DNA of 47,474 bases, the filler included, from Jimgerdemannia flammicorona (taxonomy: Eukaryota): NCBI GenBank assembly GCA_003990765.1. It is 2 parts of 2 records of this genome, joined end to end, with 100 filler letters (N's around TTAATTAATTAA, not from the genome) between each part and the next. Parts side by side here need not be neighbours in the genome. Positions count along the whole stretch, not along the records: positions 1 to 23,687 come from RBNJ01001078.1; positions 23,788 to 47,474 come from RBNJ01001079.1. One strand, written 5' to 3'. Below are positions 12,300 through 24,340 of the stretch, in pieces. The position numbers were made by a program, and so were the translations under genes. Position 1 is the stretch's first letter; the number at the start of each line of letters is the position of its first letter. The notes under the pieces were generated by a model. It had not been told where the DNA came from. It did no database searches and saw nothing but the letters and a program-made list of their open reading frames with translations.

Positions 12300-12640
12300 T
12301 CTTGCCTCAGTAATCAAACTTGAGTACTTGTTGGCCAATGTCAACAACTACATTCATTTCCTTCATCCAGTTGGTACCAAAAATCATGTCATAGGTGACA
12401 GCTTCGGTGACAACAGCTTTAGGGATGGAGAACTGAATGTATCTAAGGGAAATGGTGATATTTCATACTTCTCCAAGGGGTTGAGTTCAGGCTCCATCTG
12501 CTACTATGATGCTGAGGTTGGATGGTCCATCAATGAGCCATTGAAGGGTGTCCAGGAACCATTTGGCAATAACACAGACAGCTGCTCCTGTATCTATAAG
12601 GATCTTTGCCTTTTGTCCTCCAATATCTCCATGTAAGTAG
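12300..12640 (-). pseudogene. Aspartic protease of Gypsy A
   Basis: KILIDTGAAVCVI active site, and YDMIFGTNWM C-terminal motif. Confidence 0.92.
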
Positions 12641-13229
12641 GTGCTGACATTTCTTTCAGCTGCTTGGACAGGGATGGAAGCTGGTTCTTGCTGTGGGATT
12701 GGAACTCGGCCAGTGCTAGACCTGGTGGTTCTCAGCAATTTGTTTCAGACTTTGGCTGGTGTCAGTTGCAAGAACTGCAGGAGAGGGACTTCCATCTTGG
12801 CTTCTTGAATCTTCTGCCAGGCTTCATTGTAAATGTCTCTAGGCATGGTCTTTGGAGTGTACTTCTTCTTAGGCTTTGGAGTAGCAGGTTCCTGTTCTTC
12901 TTGTTCCATTTCTTCATCTTCTGGTACTAACTCATTTGTCTCAGGGACAAAAGGTGAGGGGGTTTGGGGAGGTATTTCTACTTATTCCTCCTCATATTCT
13001 TCTTCCTCTTCTTGGATAATTCTTCTGCTGATGTTCCTGGATGGTCTTCCTACAGGTCTCTTTCTTTTCTCTGCTGGATAGACTGTTTTCCAGATTGTAA
13101 CCTTAGTGGGGTACAAGTCTAGGTCACTATAGTCTTCACTGTTGCTTGCTTCTTTTGAAATCTTTAACAGGATGGGCTTCAGTCTTTTGTACTGAGTGTC
13201 ATTCCTTCAGTTTGGTGGTTCTGAGTCCC

Positions 13230-14150
13230 TTTGATCACTTCTTTTGTTATCACATTCAGTGGCATAGTGTCCCAATTGTCCACAGTAGAAGCATTGGACT
13301 TAGGCTCTGTCTCAGACAGGGTACCTTCTTTCTTCTTGCTGGTAATTCCTGTTATCTCTTGGTGGATAACCTTGGCTCCTCTGTGGTGGGTACTCTCTGT
13401 TGTTTTGGTAGTCCCGTTTTTCATATATAGTGAGTTTTTCAATTTGTCCAACCAATCAGTCCAACTTGGAGCTAAGGTCTTGGATTTCGCTTCTAACCTT
13501 CTTTCCTTCCTTGGCCAGCCTTCTTTCTTCAGATCTTTCTTGTCCTTGAAGGAGTCCTTGTAGGGCTTTGACCAGAATGTCTTCCTTATCTTCTTTTCTA
13601 TCATGGTCACTCCAAGTAGTTCCTTGTCTGACATCAAAAAATCCTTGGGCTGCATCTACTTGCTCTTCAGACCTTCTGATGGCTAGAGTGCGGACATGTT
13701 GGGCAATGTTTGGGGGAATTCCATTCATGAAGGTCATTGGACCAATGATGTCCTGGTTAGTGGCATTGAACCCGGCAGTATGCAATCTCTTCTGGATTCT
13801 TGTGAAGAAGGCTCTGAGTGATTCTCCAAGATTCATCTTTATTTCCATGATAGATTCTTGAGCCTTGTGGCGGGTTTTGTTTTCTGCATACTTTTTGATG
13901 AGCCAATGGACTATGGCCTCATATTCTAGTTTGTCAGACATTACTACTTGTGTCTGTCTTGCTAGTTCTGAATCTCAGTTGCTGTTCGATGGAAAATTCC
14001 TCTGGCTGGTTCTCTGAGCTGAGCATTGTAGATGGCGATTTTTCTTTCATCTGAGAGATTTCTCAAGGCTGCAATTCCTTCAATTCCATCCAGAAATTCT
14101 CTGTGGTCTTTCTCTGGGTATCCTGCAAAGGTTGGCAATGAGGTGGCCAT
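13230..14150 (-). pseudogene. Gag of Gypsy A with CCHC zinc knuckle
   Basis: MATSLPTFAG start, GESLRAFFTRI (major-homology-like region), FMNGIP, and CFYCGQLGHYATEC (~13250-13295). Confidence 0.9.
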
Positions 14151-14764
14151 TTTGTTGTCACTTTCTTCTAATTCTGGTTCAAGTTTGGATTCTGATTCTG
14201 ATTCACTTTCTGAGCTATCACTGGAGATGGAGATGCTTGGATATCTTGAGAATAGTGTTCTGGACCTTGGATAAAGTGGAATAGGTCTAGGTATTCTTGT
14301 AGGAGCTGCTTCTGGCTCTGCAAGGGGTTGTGGTAAAGGTTCTATTGGTGAGATTGATGGGTTATATAAGATGGATGGGCATAATAAAGGAAGAGTCCAA
14401 GTGACTAAAAAAAAAAAAAAAAGTGAGATTGATGTGGCTGATCTGGGGCATCTGGCTGTAAGATCTCTGGTCAATGTGATAAGATCTTCTAGTTCTTGTG
14501 CAAGTTCTCCAAAATCTCTAGCAGGGCTGCCTATATTGTCTAGTTGATCTGGTTGGGAATTCCAAGCTATACTGCCTTCTGGTTCTGATTGGGATCCTTC
14601 TGATGCTGTGTAATTAGCAAGTCTTGATGTGATTACTTCTCTTCCTGTCCAAATGCTAGTGATGACTAGTTCTTCTATAGTGGCAGAGGTTAGTGTTGTA
14701 TGAAATGTATCCAGTTTGACTGTGGGTTCTTGTGAGCTAAAAAGTCATGTTAATTTTAAAATCT

Positions 14765-14781
14765 TCCTAGTTGAGCCCCCA
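14765..14781 (-). promoter_or_regulatory. Primer-binding site (tRNA-Pro type)
   Basis: The minus strand reads TGGGGGCTCAACTAGGA two nt inside the LTR, a decayed match to the tRNA-Pro PBS TGGGGGCTCG. Confidence 0.85.
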
Positions 14782-14783
14782 AA

Positions 14784-16113
14784 TGTAACATGCCTGGCTC
14801 AATGGAGGCGAATTGCAAGATTGGGAATTGATGTAGTTTGTCAAAAAGCAACAAAATGTTCTAAGATTCCTGAGGTCCTTAGTGTTTAGCGGTATAATAA
14901 TCAAGATCTGGATACTGTGTGAGCAGTTCCCTTTTTGGGACAGGTTCTTGGGTATAGTGGTGATTTGTGTGTATGAATAGGTTTCCTTCTTGGGTCAACT
15001 GGGAATGGTAGAATTTGTGTATAGTATGATAATCTTGTACATGACAGTCTGGAAATTTAGTGGTTCTCCTTATGTGATTTCTGTATGACAATCTTGTGTA
15101 GTGCAAGTGGATTCCTTATTCAGGTCAACTGGGAATGCCACAATTTGTATAGCATGATGATCTTTCAAAAGTATGTGATTTCTGGTAGATGACTCGATTT
15201 GGCTCACTGGGAATGGAGGATGGTATAGATTCTCCTTACTGAGAATTTTATTGGTGGTGAGTTCCTCTTGGCTTACTGGAAATAATAAATAACTCAGACA
15301 GAGTGAATCAGGCTCTTCTAGGAATATGGATGACTAGAAAATGGTGGATGATGCAGATTCTCCTGAATCAGCAGACTTCTGGGAAATAACTTGGATGGTG
15401 CAGATTCTTCCTGAATCGGCTTCAACTGGGAATACTACTCAGATTCTTTCAAAGACTGGCTTTATTTACATGGGATTACATCATAGACTGCCTCTACTGT
15501 GAAGTTGCATCAGAAAGACTGGCTTGTGGCAAGAAAGGCAGGTTCTCTGGGAATGCAGTGAATAACTTGAAAATGATGGATGATGTGGATTCTTCCTAAA
15601 TTGGTGAAGTTCTTAAAAATGGCAGCTTATTTCTTAAGTGGCAGATTACTCAAAAGGTGGTGAAGTTCTTCCATGAACTTAGGTGGCAAAATCAGCTTTG
15701 TATCAGAAAGTGGACCAGAGTGGAAAGGGAAAATAAGCTCACAATCTCCAGGTAGTGACTGTAGAGTTCCTCTCAAAGTGTGGTAGGCAGACTTGTCTTT
15801 CGCTTTAAATTTTGGACTTTTCGGACTAAGGTTTATTCACTCTTGTCTCTGGGGTAATTTATACATTGTGGTTGCTATCTGGTTGCTACCTGGCTAACTG
15901 TAGATTTGCTATCTATAGTGTATTTGAGTGGACAGTCACTGTCCAGTGGACAGCTACTGTCCAGGGGACAGCCACTGTTCACATTATTCCCTTCTTTAGC
16001 TATCTGGTTATTTATACATTTTTCCACAGCAATGATTGCTGATTACTATGCTATACTAATGTTCACATCACCTGGTTAGGTTTTGAGATTGCTATGTTTC
16101 GTGGTTTGTCACA
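14784..16113 (-). repeat. 5' LTR of Gypsy A (1330 bp, TGTAAC...GTCACA)
   Basis: TG...CA termini, adjacent PBS, and similarity to 5870-7164. Confidence 0.94.
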
Positions 16114-19100
16114 ATGATTACAATATCCCATTATTTGGAAATACTGTTCACAGTTATTGATTTCTTATTATCTTAGAAATCAGTACCCATCTTGGTTATA
16201 AGTTGGGGGAAGAGTAGATAAGGGGTATACTTCTGTTCAGATAAAAAGGCCTTATTCTCTAAATTGGCTTTGCAACCTGATGGTAACTTCTTGGAAGGTA
16301 GTTGACTGTATAACTTTAGTCAGGGGTTCTGGTCCTTGGGGTCCCTATCTCTCTTGCTGGTTTAGTAAATAGTACTGATAGCAGTAGTCTCTGGGAGAGT
16401 GGAAGACCATTTGGTGTGAACATCTTCTAAGCCAAAATGCCCTTTTTTGGTGAGTTTCTTTCTTAGGAATAATGGGGATTGTGCTGGGTCCTTCTTCCAT
16501 ATTCCAAGAGTCGTTATCTTCAGGTGGTGTCCAGTGAGAGTCATTTTAGAGAATGAGTTCAGAGACCTCTTCTTCTTTAGGTGTTTCTTGTTCAGGAATC
16601 TCCTGAACAGTGGTTTCTTCTTCCTCAGATAATTCTTAACCCCAAATTGCTTGTACTTCAGCAGCTTTAGCTGCAGGTGTTTCTGGAATATGTCTGTATT
16701 TCTTCTTCTTCTTTCTATACTTGGGGCAGACTGTGTCTGGCAAATTCCTTATCCCAATGATCTTAGAGGAGTGTTCCAGGAACTTATATCTCTTGAGATA
16801 GATAGAACATCCTTTGATTTCTCTTACAATAGCTCTGATGGTAATGAAGACAGTGTTTTTGGCCAATATATTGTCATCTGGTCTGTCATCTACTAGGTTC
16901 ATTTGGGGATTAAGTCTGAGATCATTTCCATCTTCAGATTCTTCTTTCTCTTCTGTAGTAGATTCTTCAATGCTGGCATATTCTTTCTGAATAGTGACCT
17001 TCTTCTTCTTCTTTGATTGCTTATAACTAGTTATCTTAACTCTGTACTTCTTACCTTGGTAGTCAAACTTGAGTACTTGTTGACTTATATGTATCAACAA
17101 CTGCATTCATTTCCTTCCCAGTTGGTATCTAGAATTATGTCATAAGTGATAGCTTCAGTGACAACAGCTTTGGGAATAGACAACTGAATATGTCCAAGAG
17201 AGATGGTAATGTTTCATACTTCTCCAAGGGATTGAGTTCAGGCTCCATCTGCTACAATGATGCTGAGGTTGGATGGTCCATCAATGGGCAATTAGAGGGT
17301 ATCCAGGAACTATTTGGCAATGATACAGATAGCTGCTTCTGTATCTATGAGGATTTTCATCTTTTGTCCTCCAATATCTCCATGTAGGTAAGTGCTGACA
17401 TGTCTTTTGGTAGCTTGGATAGAGGTGGAAGCTTGCTCTTGTTGTTGGATTGGAACTCAGCCTGTGCTGGACCTAGTGGTTCTCAGCAATTTGTTTCAGA
17501 CTCAGCTAGTGTTAGTTATAGAAACTGCAGATGGAAAACCTCTATCTTGGCTTCTTGAATCTTCTGCCAGACTTTATTGTAGATGTCTCTGGGCATAGTT
17601 TTTGGGGTATACTTCTTCTTAGGCTTTGGGGCAGCAGACTCCCATTCTTCTAATTCTATTTCTTCATCCTCTAGTAGTAGCTCATTTATCTTGGGGACAA
17701 AAGGTGAGAGAGTTTGGAGAGGTATTTCTACCTACTCCTCCTCATGTTCTTTGTCTTCTTCTTGGATGATTCTCTGCTGATATTCCTAAATGGCCTTCCT
17801 ATAGGTCTCTTCCTTTTTTCTACTGAATAGACTGTTTTCTGGGTAGTAACCTTGGAAGAATATAAGTCTAGGTCACTGTAGTCTTCACTATTGCATGCTT
17901 CTTGAAATCTTCAATAGGATGGGCTTTAGTCTTCTTATACTGAGTGTCATTGCTTCAGTTTGGTGGTTCTGAGTCCTTTTGGTCACTTTTTTATTATCAC
18001 ATTCAGTGGTATAGTATCCAAATTGTCCACAGTGGAAGTATTGGACTTGGGCTCTATCTCAAACAAAGTATCTTCTTTCTTCTTATGGATAGCTTCTATT
18101 ATCTCTAGTTGGATAACCCTGGTTCCTTTGTAGGGGGTATCATCTATTATCTTGATAAGTCCAATTTTTGTATATAGTAAGTTTTTCAATTTGTCCAAGC
18201 AATTAGTCCAACTTGGAACTGAGGTCTTGAATTTTGCTTCTGTTCTTCATTCTTTCTTTGCTGGTCTTTTTTCTTCAGACCTCTCCTGTTCTTGGAGGAG
18301 TTCTTGTAGAGCTTTGACTAGGATATTTTCCTTGTTATTCTTTTTATCATAGTTACTTCAGGTAATTCCTTGTATGATATCAAAGAATCCTTGGACTGCA
18401 TCTACTTGCTCTTCAGACCTTCTGATATCTAGAGTGCAGACATGCTGGGCAATGTTTGGGAGAATCCCATTCATGAAGATTATTGAACCTATGATATCTT
18501 GGTTGGTGGCATTGAATTCAGCTGTATGTATTCTCTTCTAGATTTTTGTAAATAAGACTCTGGGTGATTCTCCAAGATTCATCTTTATCCCAATAATTAA
18601 TTCTTGAGTCTTGTGGTGGGTTTCATTTCCTGCATATTTTTTGATGAGTCAGTGGACAATAGCTACATACTCCAGCTTATAGGATGCTGCTACTTGTATT
18701 TGTACTGCCAGTTCTGAGTGGGGGTCATTTGTTGTCTGGTGGAAAATTTCTCTGGCTGGTTCTCTGAGCTGGGCCTTGTAGATGGCAATTTTCCTTTCAT
18801 CTGAGAGATTTCTCAGACTGTGATTTCTTCAATTTCATCAAGGAATTCTCTAGGGTCTTTTCTAGATATCCTGCAAAAGTTGGCAATAAGGTGGTCATAT
18901 CATTGTCACTTTCTTCTGATTCTGGTTCTGGTCCAGATTCTGATTCAGATTCTGACTCTGATTTACTTTCTGAACTATTACTGGAAATCAGGGTGCTTAG
19001 GTATCTTGAGAATGGAGTTCTGGACCTTGGGGGAAGTAGGATGAGCCTAGGTATTCTGGAAGAAGCTGGTTCCAGTTCTGCAAGAGCTGGTGATAAACTT

Positions 19101-20622
19101 GTATAGGTGAGATTGGTGGAACTGCTGTAGAGTATCAGGCTGTACAATTTCAAGCTTGTATAATAAGATCTCCTATTTCTTGGGCAAGTTCTCCAAAGTC
19201 CCTAAAACAGCAGCCTATATTGTCTGGCTGATCTGATTGAGGATTTCAGGCTATACTGATTTCTGGTTGGAATCTTTCTGATACTGGGTAGTTGGTAAGT
19301 CTTAAGGTAATTACTTCTCTTTCTATCTAGATACTAGTAATAACCAGTTCTTCTGTAGTGGCAAAGACTAGTGTTATATCAAATGTATCCAGTTTAACTA
19401 TGGGTTCTTGTGAGCTGAAAAGTCATATCAATTTTAAAATCTTTCCAGTTGAGCCCCCAAAATGTAATATACCCAGCTCAATAGAGACAAATTATAAGGT
19501 TGTGGGTAGATATAGTTTGGCTTGAGCTCCCAGTTACTTTGTTAAAAGCAACAAAATATACTTAGTGTTTAGTGATATAATAGTTAAGACTGGATATCTG
19601 CAAGAAATTCTGGTGATTTCCTTATTGAGATAGTTCTCTAAGTATAGTGGTGATTTGTATAGTATAGGCATTCCTTATATATAATGGTGTGTCAATTTGG
19701 CAGTTCTCATTATGTGATTTCTATAGATGATCTCTTGTATAGTATAGTGATCTCTGTGTAGTATTGCAGATTCCTTATATATGATATTCTGGCAATTTAG
19801 CAGATAACATGATTTGGATGCAGATTCTCCTGAAATATCTCACTAGGAATTATACTGGCAGCAGACTCTTTCTAAGTCAACAGCTTACTGAGAATAGAGA
19901 GTAGTATGGGGTCTTCTGCACCGGACTCAATGGGAATGGATAAATAACTTAGTAGTGGATAACTTAGATAACTATAGATAACTTGGATAACTCAGATATT
20001 GTGGATTCTTCCTGAATCAGTGGGCTTCTGGAAAATAACTTGAGTAGTGCAGATTCTTAACAAGTTATGTCAAAGACTGACTTTGTTTGTGCAAAAGAAT
20101 CACTGTGAAGTTGTGTCTAATAGACTGGTATGTGGTAAGGTTCCTTATAGTGAGCTCTCTGGGAATGTGAGTAACTTCTTCAGGCTTATCTGGCAAGCAA
20201 ACCAAAATATAGTGGCTTATTTCTTAAGCAGCAGATTTCTCTTCAAAAGGCCATTTCTTCCTTGAACTTAGCAGTAATTTCAGATTCTTCAGACTTAGTC
20301 TGGCAAGCATACCAATCAATCTTTATATTGGAAAGTGAACTGGAGTGAAAAGGAAACCAATGTCCAATCTTTAGAAACTTCTTTGGTGTTTGCATTTTGG
20401 ACTGAGGTTTATTCTTTGGGGTATTTTATACAGTTGGAGTTGCTACTAATTACTATATTACTAACTATAGATTGCTAATTATGGTAAGTATACCTTGAGG
20501 GTACAGGTAAACATACTATTACTGGTATCTCTGGCTAAATATACAGGTTGGTGCAGTAAAGCAGTCTTGGTTGCTTAAGGCACTAAATATAGTATGTGGC
20601 TAATTTATAATTTCAGCAGTAC
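16114..20622 (-). mobile_element. Older, more decayed Gypsy B of the same family (LTR, PBS, gag, PR, part of the insert), cut by Gypsy A
   Basis: 16114-19460 is colinear with ~11375-14781. PBS at ~19444-19459 and LTR from TGTAAT at 19463. LTR similarity is visible to ~20485; the right end is tentative. Confidence 0.9.
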
Positions 20623-20694
20623 AATTCTATTGCTTATCATAAGATATATATATCTAGATAACAACTTTTATAAAGACTATATATTGTACTCTGA

Positions 20695-21200
20695 ATGAGC
20701 TGATCTGGATTAGATTCAAATCCCATTCAGATCAATTTGAATCAATTATTATTTTGATTTCCTAATTAGACAATTAAAGGTTATATCAATAATTTGATGA
20801 ATAATCATCCAATTTTAATAATATTGACATCATTTGTAGACCTTTAATAAGGCCTTTCTAATGATATCAAGAAAATTGAAATTGGATTATATATTGCTGA
20901 GTTATCAAGGAACATGTCCAACTTGTCAATTTTGGAAATTATTTGATTTGCTCATTTTGAAAATTTCTTCAAAAGAATGTTTATCTTAATAGCTTAACAA
21001 CATGTTATCTGATTTTAATATTCTTGGTAGAATTAGAAAGGCCTTATTAAGTGCTTTCAAATGATACTAAGATTATTAAAATTGGATGATTATTTAATAA
21101 ATTATTGATGTAAACATTTAATTATATAATTTAGAAATAAAAACAATAGTTGATCCAGATGAGATTCAATCTGAATAGAATCTAATCCTGATTAAATTAA
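20695..21200. repeat. ~500-bp AT-rich foldback / MITE-like palindrome
   Basis: ~220-bp imperfect inverted arms, e.g. TAATCATCCAATTTTAATAAT (20802) / ATTATTAAAATTGGATGATTA (21072) and TTAATAAGGCCTTTCTAAT / ATTAGAAAGGCCTTATTAA. Confidence 0.88.
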
Positions 21201-21803
21201 CTCAATTAGATCACTAGCTGTACAGTAAACAAAGCTTCTCAGTATCTATTTAAATAATAATTAAAGTATATATCTAGATTTCTAAATCTCATATATATAG
21301 ATATATATAGGTTAATATATACTTCTTTTTATAGTAAAAAGAGATATTTTATAATATTGACTAATAATTATATATAGAAAATATATATATATTCTTATTA
21401 GTAAAGAGTAAAGTCTTGGACAAGTTTAAAAAATTCAAAGTAATTAATAAGTATATTAAATATAGAGAAGATACTAGAGAAAGAGCAAAAAAGAGTATTA
21501 TTTATTATTCTAGATAGTATATATTTTAATATTAGAATCAGTAATATAATTAAGAATGATATATATAGTTACAGTATGAACTTCTTTTAGTCAAACCACT
21601 TGGAGTAAACTAAGCTACATAGATATCTTTTTGCAAAAAGTAATATATTTTCAAGTTTTCACTTCACCTACTCTAGTGTACTAGGTGTAGTAGAAGTCTG
21701 ATAACAATTCATAATATGTTTTATTGAAATCTGTTAAGTTTTCATATAATGGCAATTCAAAGTTCATTGAGCTCAGAGCAAAGTGAATAGCCTGCATATA
21801 TTA

Positions 21804-22508
21804 ATAGAGAGCAAGAGGGTGGCCTCTAGGCCTATAGTTGGAGGGCAGGGGGGACATAATATTGACAGAGGTAGGTATCAGATAACTGCTCAGCTGACTG
21901 GTCAGGGGCCCAGCAGAGGTCAGGGTCTAGGGGTGTGATAGTTGGAACTAGCTTTCTTGAGGCTGGACTGGTGGCTAGGGGTGTGACTGTTGGTGGTACA
22001 GTAGTCCCTAGTGAGGTAGTGGCTGGTATGTATAGGAGTAAGGGCAAGATATTCCTGACTACAGAAACTGGTGAGCTGGTGGTATGTCTGCTCTTTCAAA
22101 AGTCAGTGTTAATATAGATAGTCTCCACCAAATTCTGAGGCTTTGTTCTGTCAGCCAAGAAGGTTCTGCAACTAGTGAGTGAGGAGGTTATAGAAGGGGA
22201 GTCACTGAGATTCATTCCTTTAGCAGAGGCAGTGAAAGTTGGCTTTATTGAGAAGGAGACCATTATAAAGGCCCTGGAGAAGGAGCTGATGGTCAAGAAC
22301 ATCAAGGTGGAGATAGTAAGGTACTTGAGGTAGGACCTGCATGCAGTGAGGCTGATAATTGAAGAATTGGTAGCCAAAGCTCTGAAAGCTTTTGGTGAGA
22401 TAGTGGATTTCAGGTTTATATTTTAGGAGGGCATAAAGTTAAGAAATAGTAACTGTAAGACTATGGTGCAGTTAGAAGACTGGGTTGGGGTAGAACTGAC
22501 TAGAGAGG
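21804..22508 (+). pseudogene. 5' ORF1 fragment of a second, related LINE family
   Basis: ELVVCLLFQKS...VKVGFIEKETIIKALEKELMV...FGEIVDFRF aligns by eye with LINE ORF1 (GLVVTLLLKKS...VKVGFEETGLLDEALKTDIIV...YGDVVDIGF). Confidence 0.8.
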
Positions 22509-23687
22509 TGCTCCTTTCTCTGCTACCTTACCAGTCACAAGGTTTTGTAGGTGACCTTCTGAGTCCCCTTTCCCCTAATATTACCCCCTCTACCTCAGGT
22601 TGGTTTGCTGTGCCTGCAGAGGCATGGTGGGAGGAGGGCGATAGTGATGAGTTCCCCCTTTATTGGTGTCAGATTGGTGCTTCCTCCACTTTTTTGCAGA
22701 TTCTGGTACCTTCAGCTGTGTCTGGGGTATACTCATTTTGGTGTGGCACCTTCTTCCTTTTGCCATCACCAACAAGGAGTTGTCTCAGTGTGTCTTGGGC
22801 TATGTAGGGAGTCGACCAACCTTGGGCATCAAGTGCTCAGTGTAGGTTACCTGCAGGTCCTCGGTGCCTGTGGTGGGGCTCTCTGGCTTTGGCGAGCTTC
22901 CCGGCAAGTACAGTTCTGATATAGGTGACTGTTTTTCGGATGATGTCGGGATGGGAGGGGAGATGGCCATCACAGATAGGAGGAAGGGCAATTATGGTGA
23001 ATCAGTAGGGTGCCAGGCTGGGGGTGGTCATTGGGGCTGGGGCAGGTGCTGCTTTGGTGGGGCCTTTTGATTAGTGCGGTGTTGTTAGGTGGTAGGTGTC
23101 ACTCTCAGCTTCTTTTGGCGATTCGTGGGGTTGGGCCCCGGTTGTCAGGGGGGGTCGGGGGGCCTGAGGCTACCCATTTCAGGTGTCTTGGCTGCACTCA
23201 ACTGGAACCAAGAGCTGATATAGCAACATGATCAAGGCCCACAGGCTTGAGTAGTGGGGTATTGGGGGTCTCCTCCCGCCTCATGTGTAAGTCCTCTACT
23301 CACCTCAACTAGGAGAACCAGGCCCTACCCACCGTATCGTGCTTTGATGAGGGTTTTTTCTTTGCCTCTCATTCTCTTTGGGGTGGCAGGGGCTATTCTA
23401 TTCAGCTTGGGCATAGCCTTGTACATACATTGGGTTCTCGGGCATGCACTTTTGGTCATTGGCATATGGCTGGGTTTCTCCTGAGGGTAGGGAGAGCATG
23501 GTATGCAGAATGAGGTATGGGCTACTTTGCCCTGCTGCACCTGACATGATCAAGCTGCTGGACAATAGCTAGCCTAGGTTAATGGGGGGGCAGTGCTTGA
23601 TGGGTGGTAGGGGAGGGTTTTGGCCTATATAGTCTAGGTTCCCTTCCAATAAAAATCTGCAGGACATAGAGTCCATAAAACAAAAAA
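22509..23687 (+). mobile_element. 1.18-kb poly(A)-tailed interspersed repeat, copy 1
   Basis: Colinear end to end with 46299-47474. Starts TGCTCCTTTCTC and ends AATAAA...GGACATAGAGTCC...A-rich tail. Confidence 0.85.
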
Positions 23688-23787
23688 NNNNNNNNNNNNN
23701 NNNNNNNNNNNNNNNNNNNNNNNNNNNNNNNTTAATTAATTAANNNNNNNNNNNNNNNNNNNNNNNNNNNNNNNNNNNNNNNNNNNN
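23688..23787. other. Artificial contig linker (N44-TTAATTAATTAA-N44)
   Basis: Six-frame stop linker centred in 100 nt. The sequences on either side are not contiguous. Confidence 0.98.
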
Positions 23788-24340
23788 GTGGGGGTGGGGG
23801 TGGGGTGGTGGAGGTGGGGGAGGGTTGTCTTCGTGTTCTTGGGCTTTAGGCGTCGTACCGTCATACCCGTTTGATTTGACAATGTTTGGAGATGGCAACT
23901 TATTCCGACGGTATGTATATACACAATCGACTGATCTGAACATCGATCCATCCTGCCCTCATCACCATACATCGAATACACGAGTATCTTCCACAGCGAG
24001 GGACATTCAAGGAAAGTCTATTACAGCGTAATCGTCATACGCTCGTCACGCAAACCAGAGGTGAAGTGTCCGACCGGAAAGGGGGCGAGATGTTGATCAA
24101 TGGCTGGCTTCTGGGTCCGAAGCCACGACTTTCCAAGCACTCTCTTCGATACAACTCTGGGTAGGTGGCGGATGAAGCCGGGGTTCTCGTAGGTAGCAAG
24201 ATGATTGTCCTCTGTTTATGTAATTACTAACGCTATTCGAGTTAATCTATGTACAAGATTGAAATAAATTATAATTCGCAACCCACACATTCTACACCCT
24301 ATATATCCACCCACCCATCACCTCCCCAGCCGCTCCCTTT

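Larger units (their letters stand above)
5870..16113 (-). mobile_element. Ty3/Gypsy LTR retrotransposon A (gag-PR-insert-dUTPase-RT-RH-IN-extra ORF), degenerate
   Basis: Paired ~1.3-kb LTRs, a tRNA-Pro PBS and Gypsy domain order PR-RT-RH-IN. Confidence 0.95.

Noticed and set aside
22509..22590. tRNA-like A/B boxes at the head of the 1.18-kb element
   Set aside because: Only weak partial matches and no cloverleaf.
23254..23484. Hydrophobic two-helix ORF on the sense strand of the 1.18-kb element
   Set aside because: GT-rich DNA gives Val/Leu/Gly/Phe-rich translations, and the N-terminal frame differs between the two copies.
23788..23981. Pro/His-rich ORF running into the gap
   Set aside because: It may be the 5' end of a gene on the minus strand, but it is too short and truncated to call.
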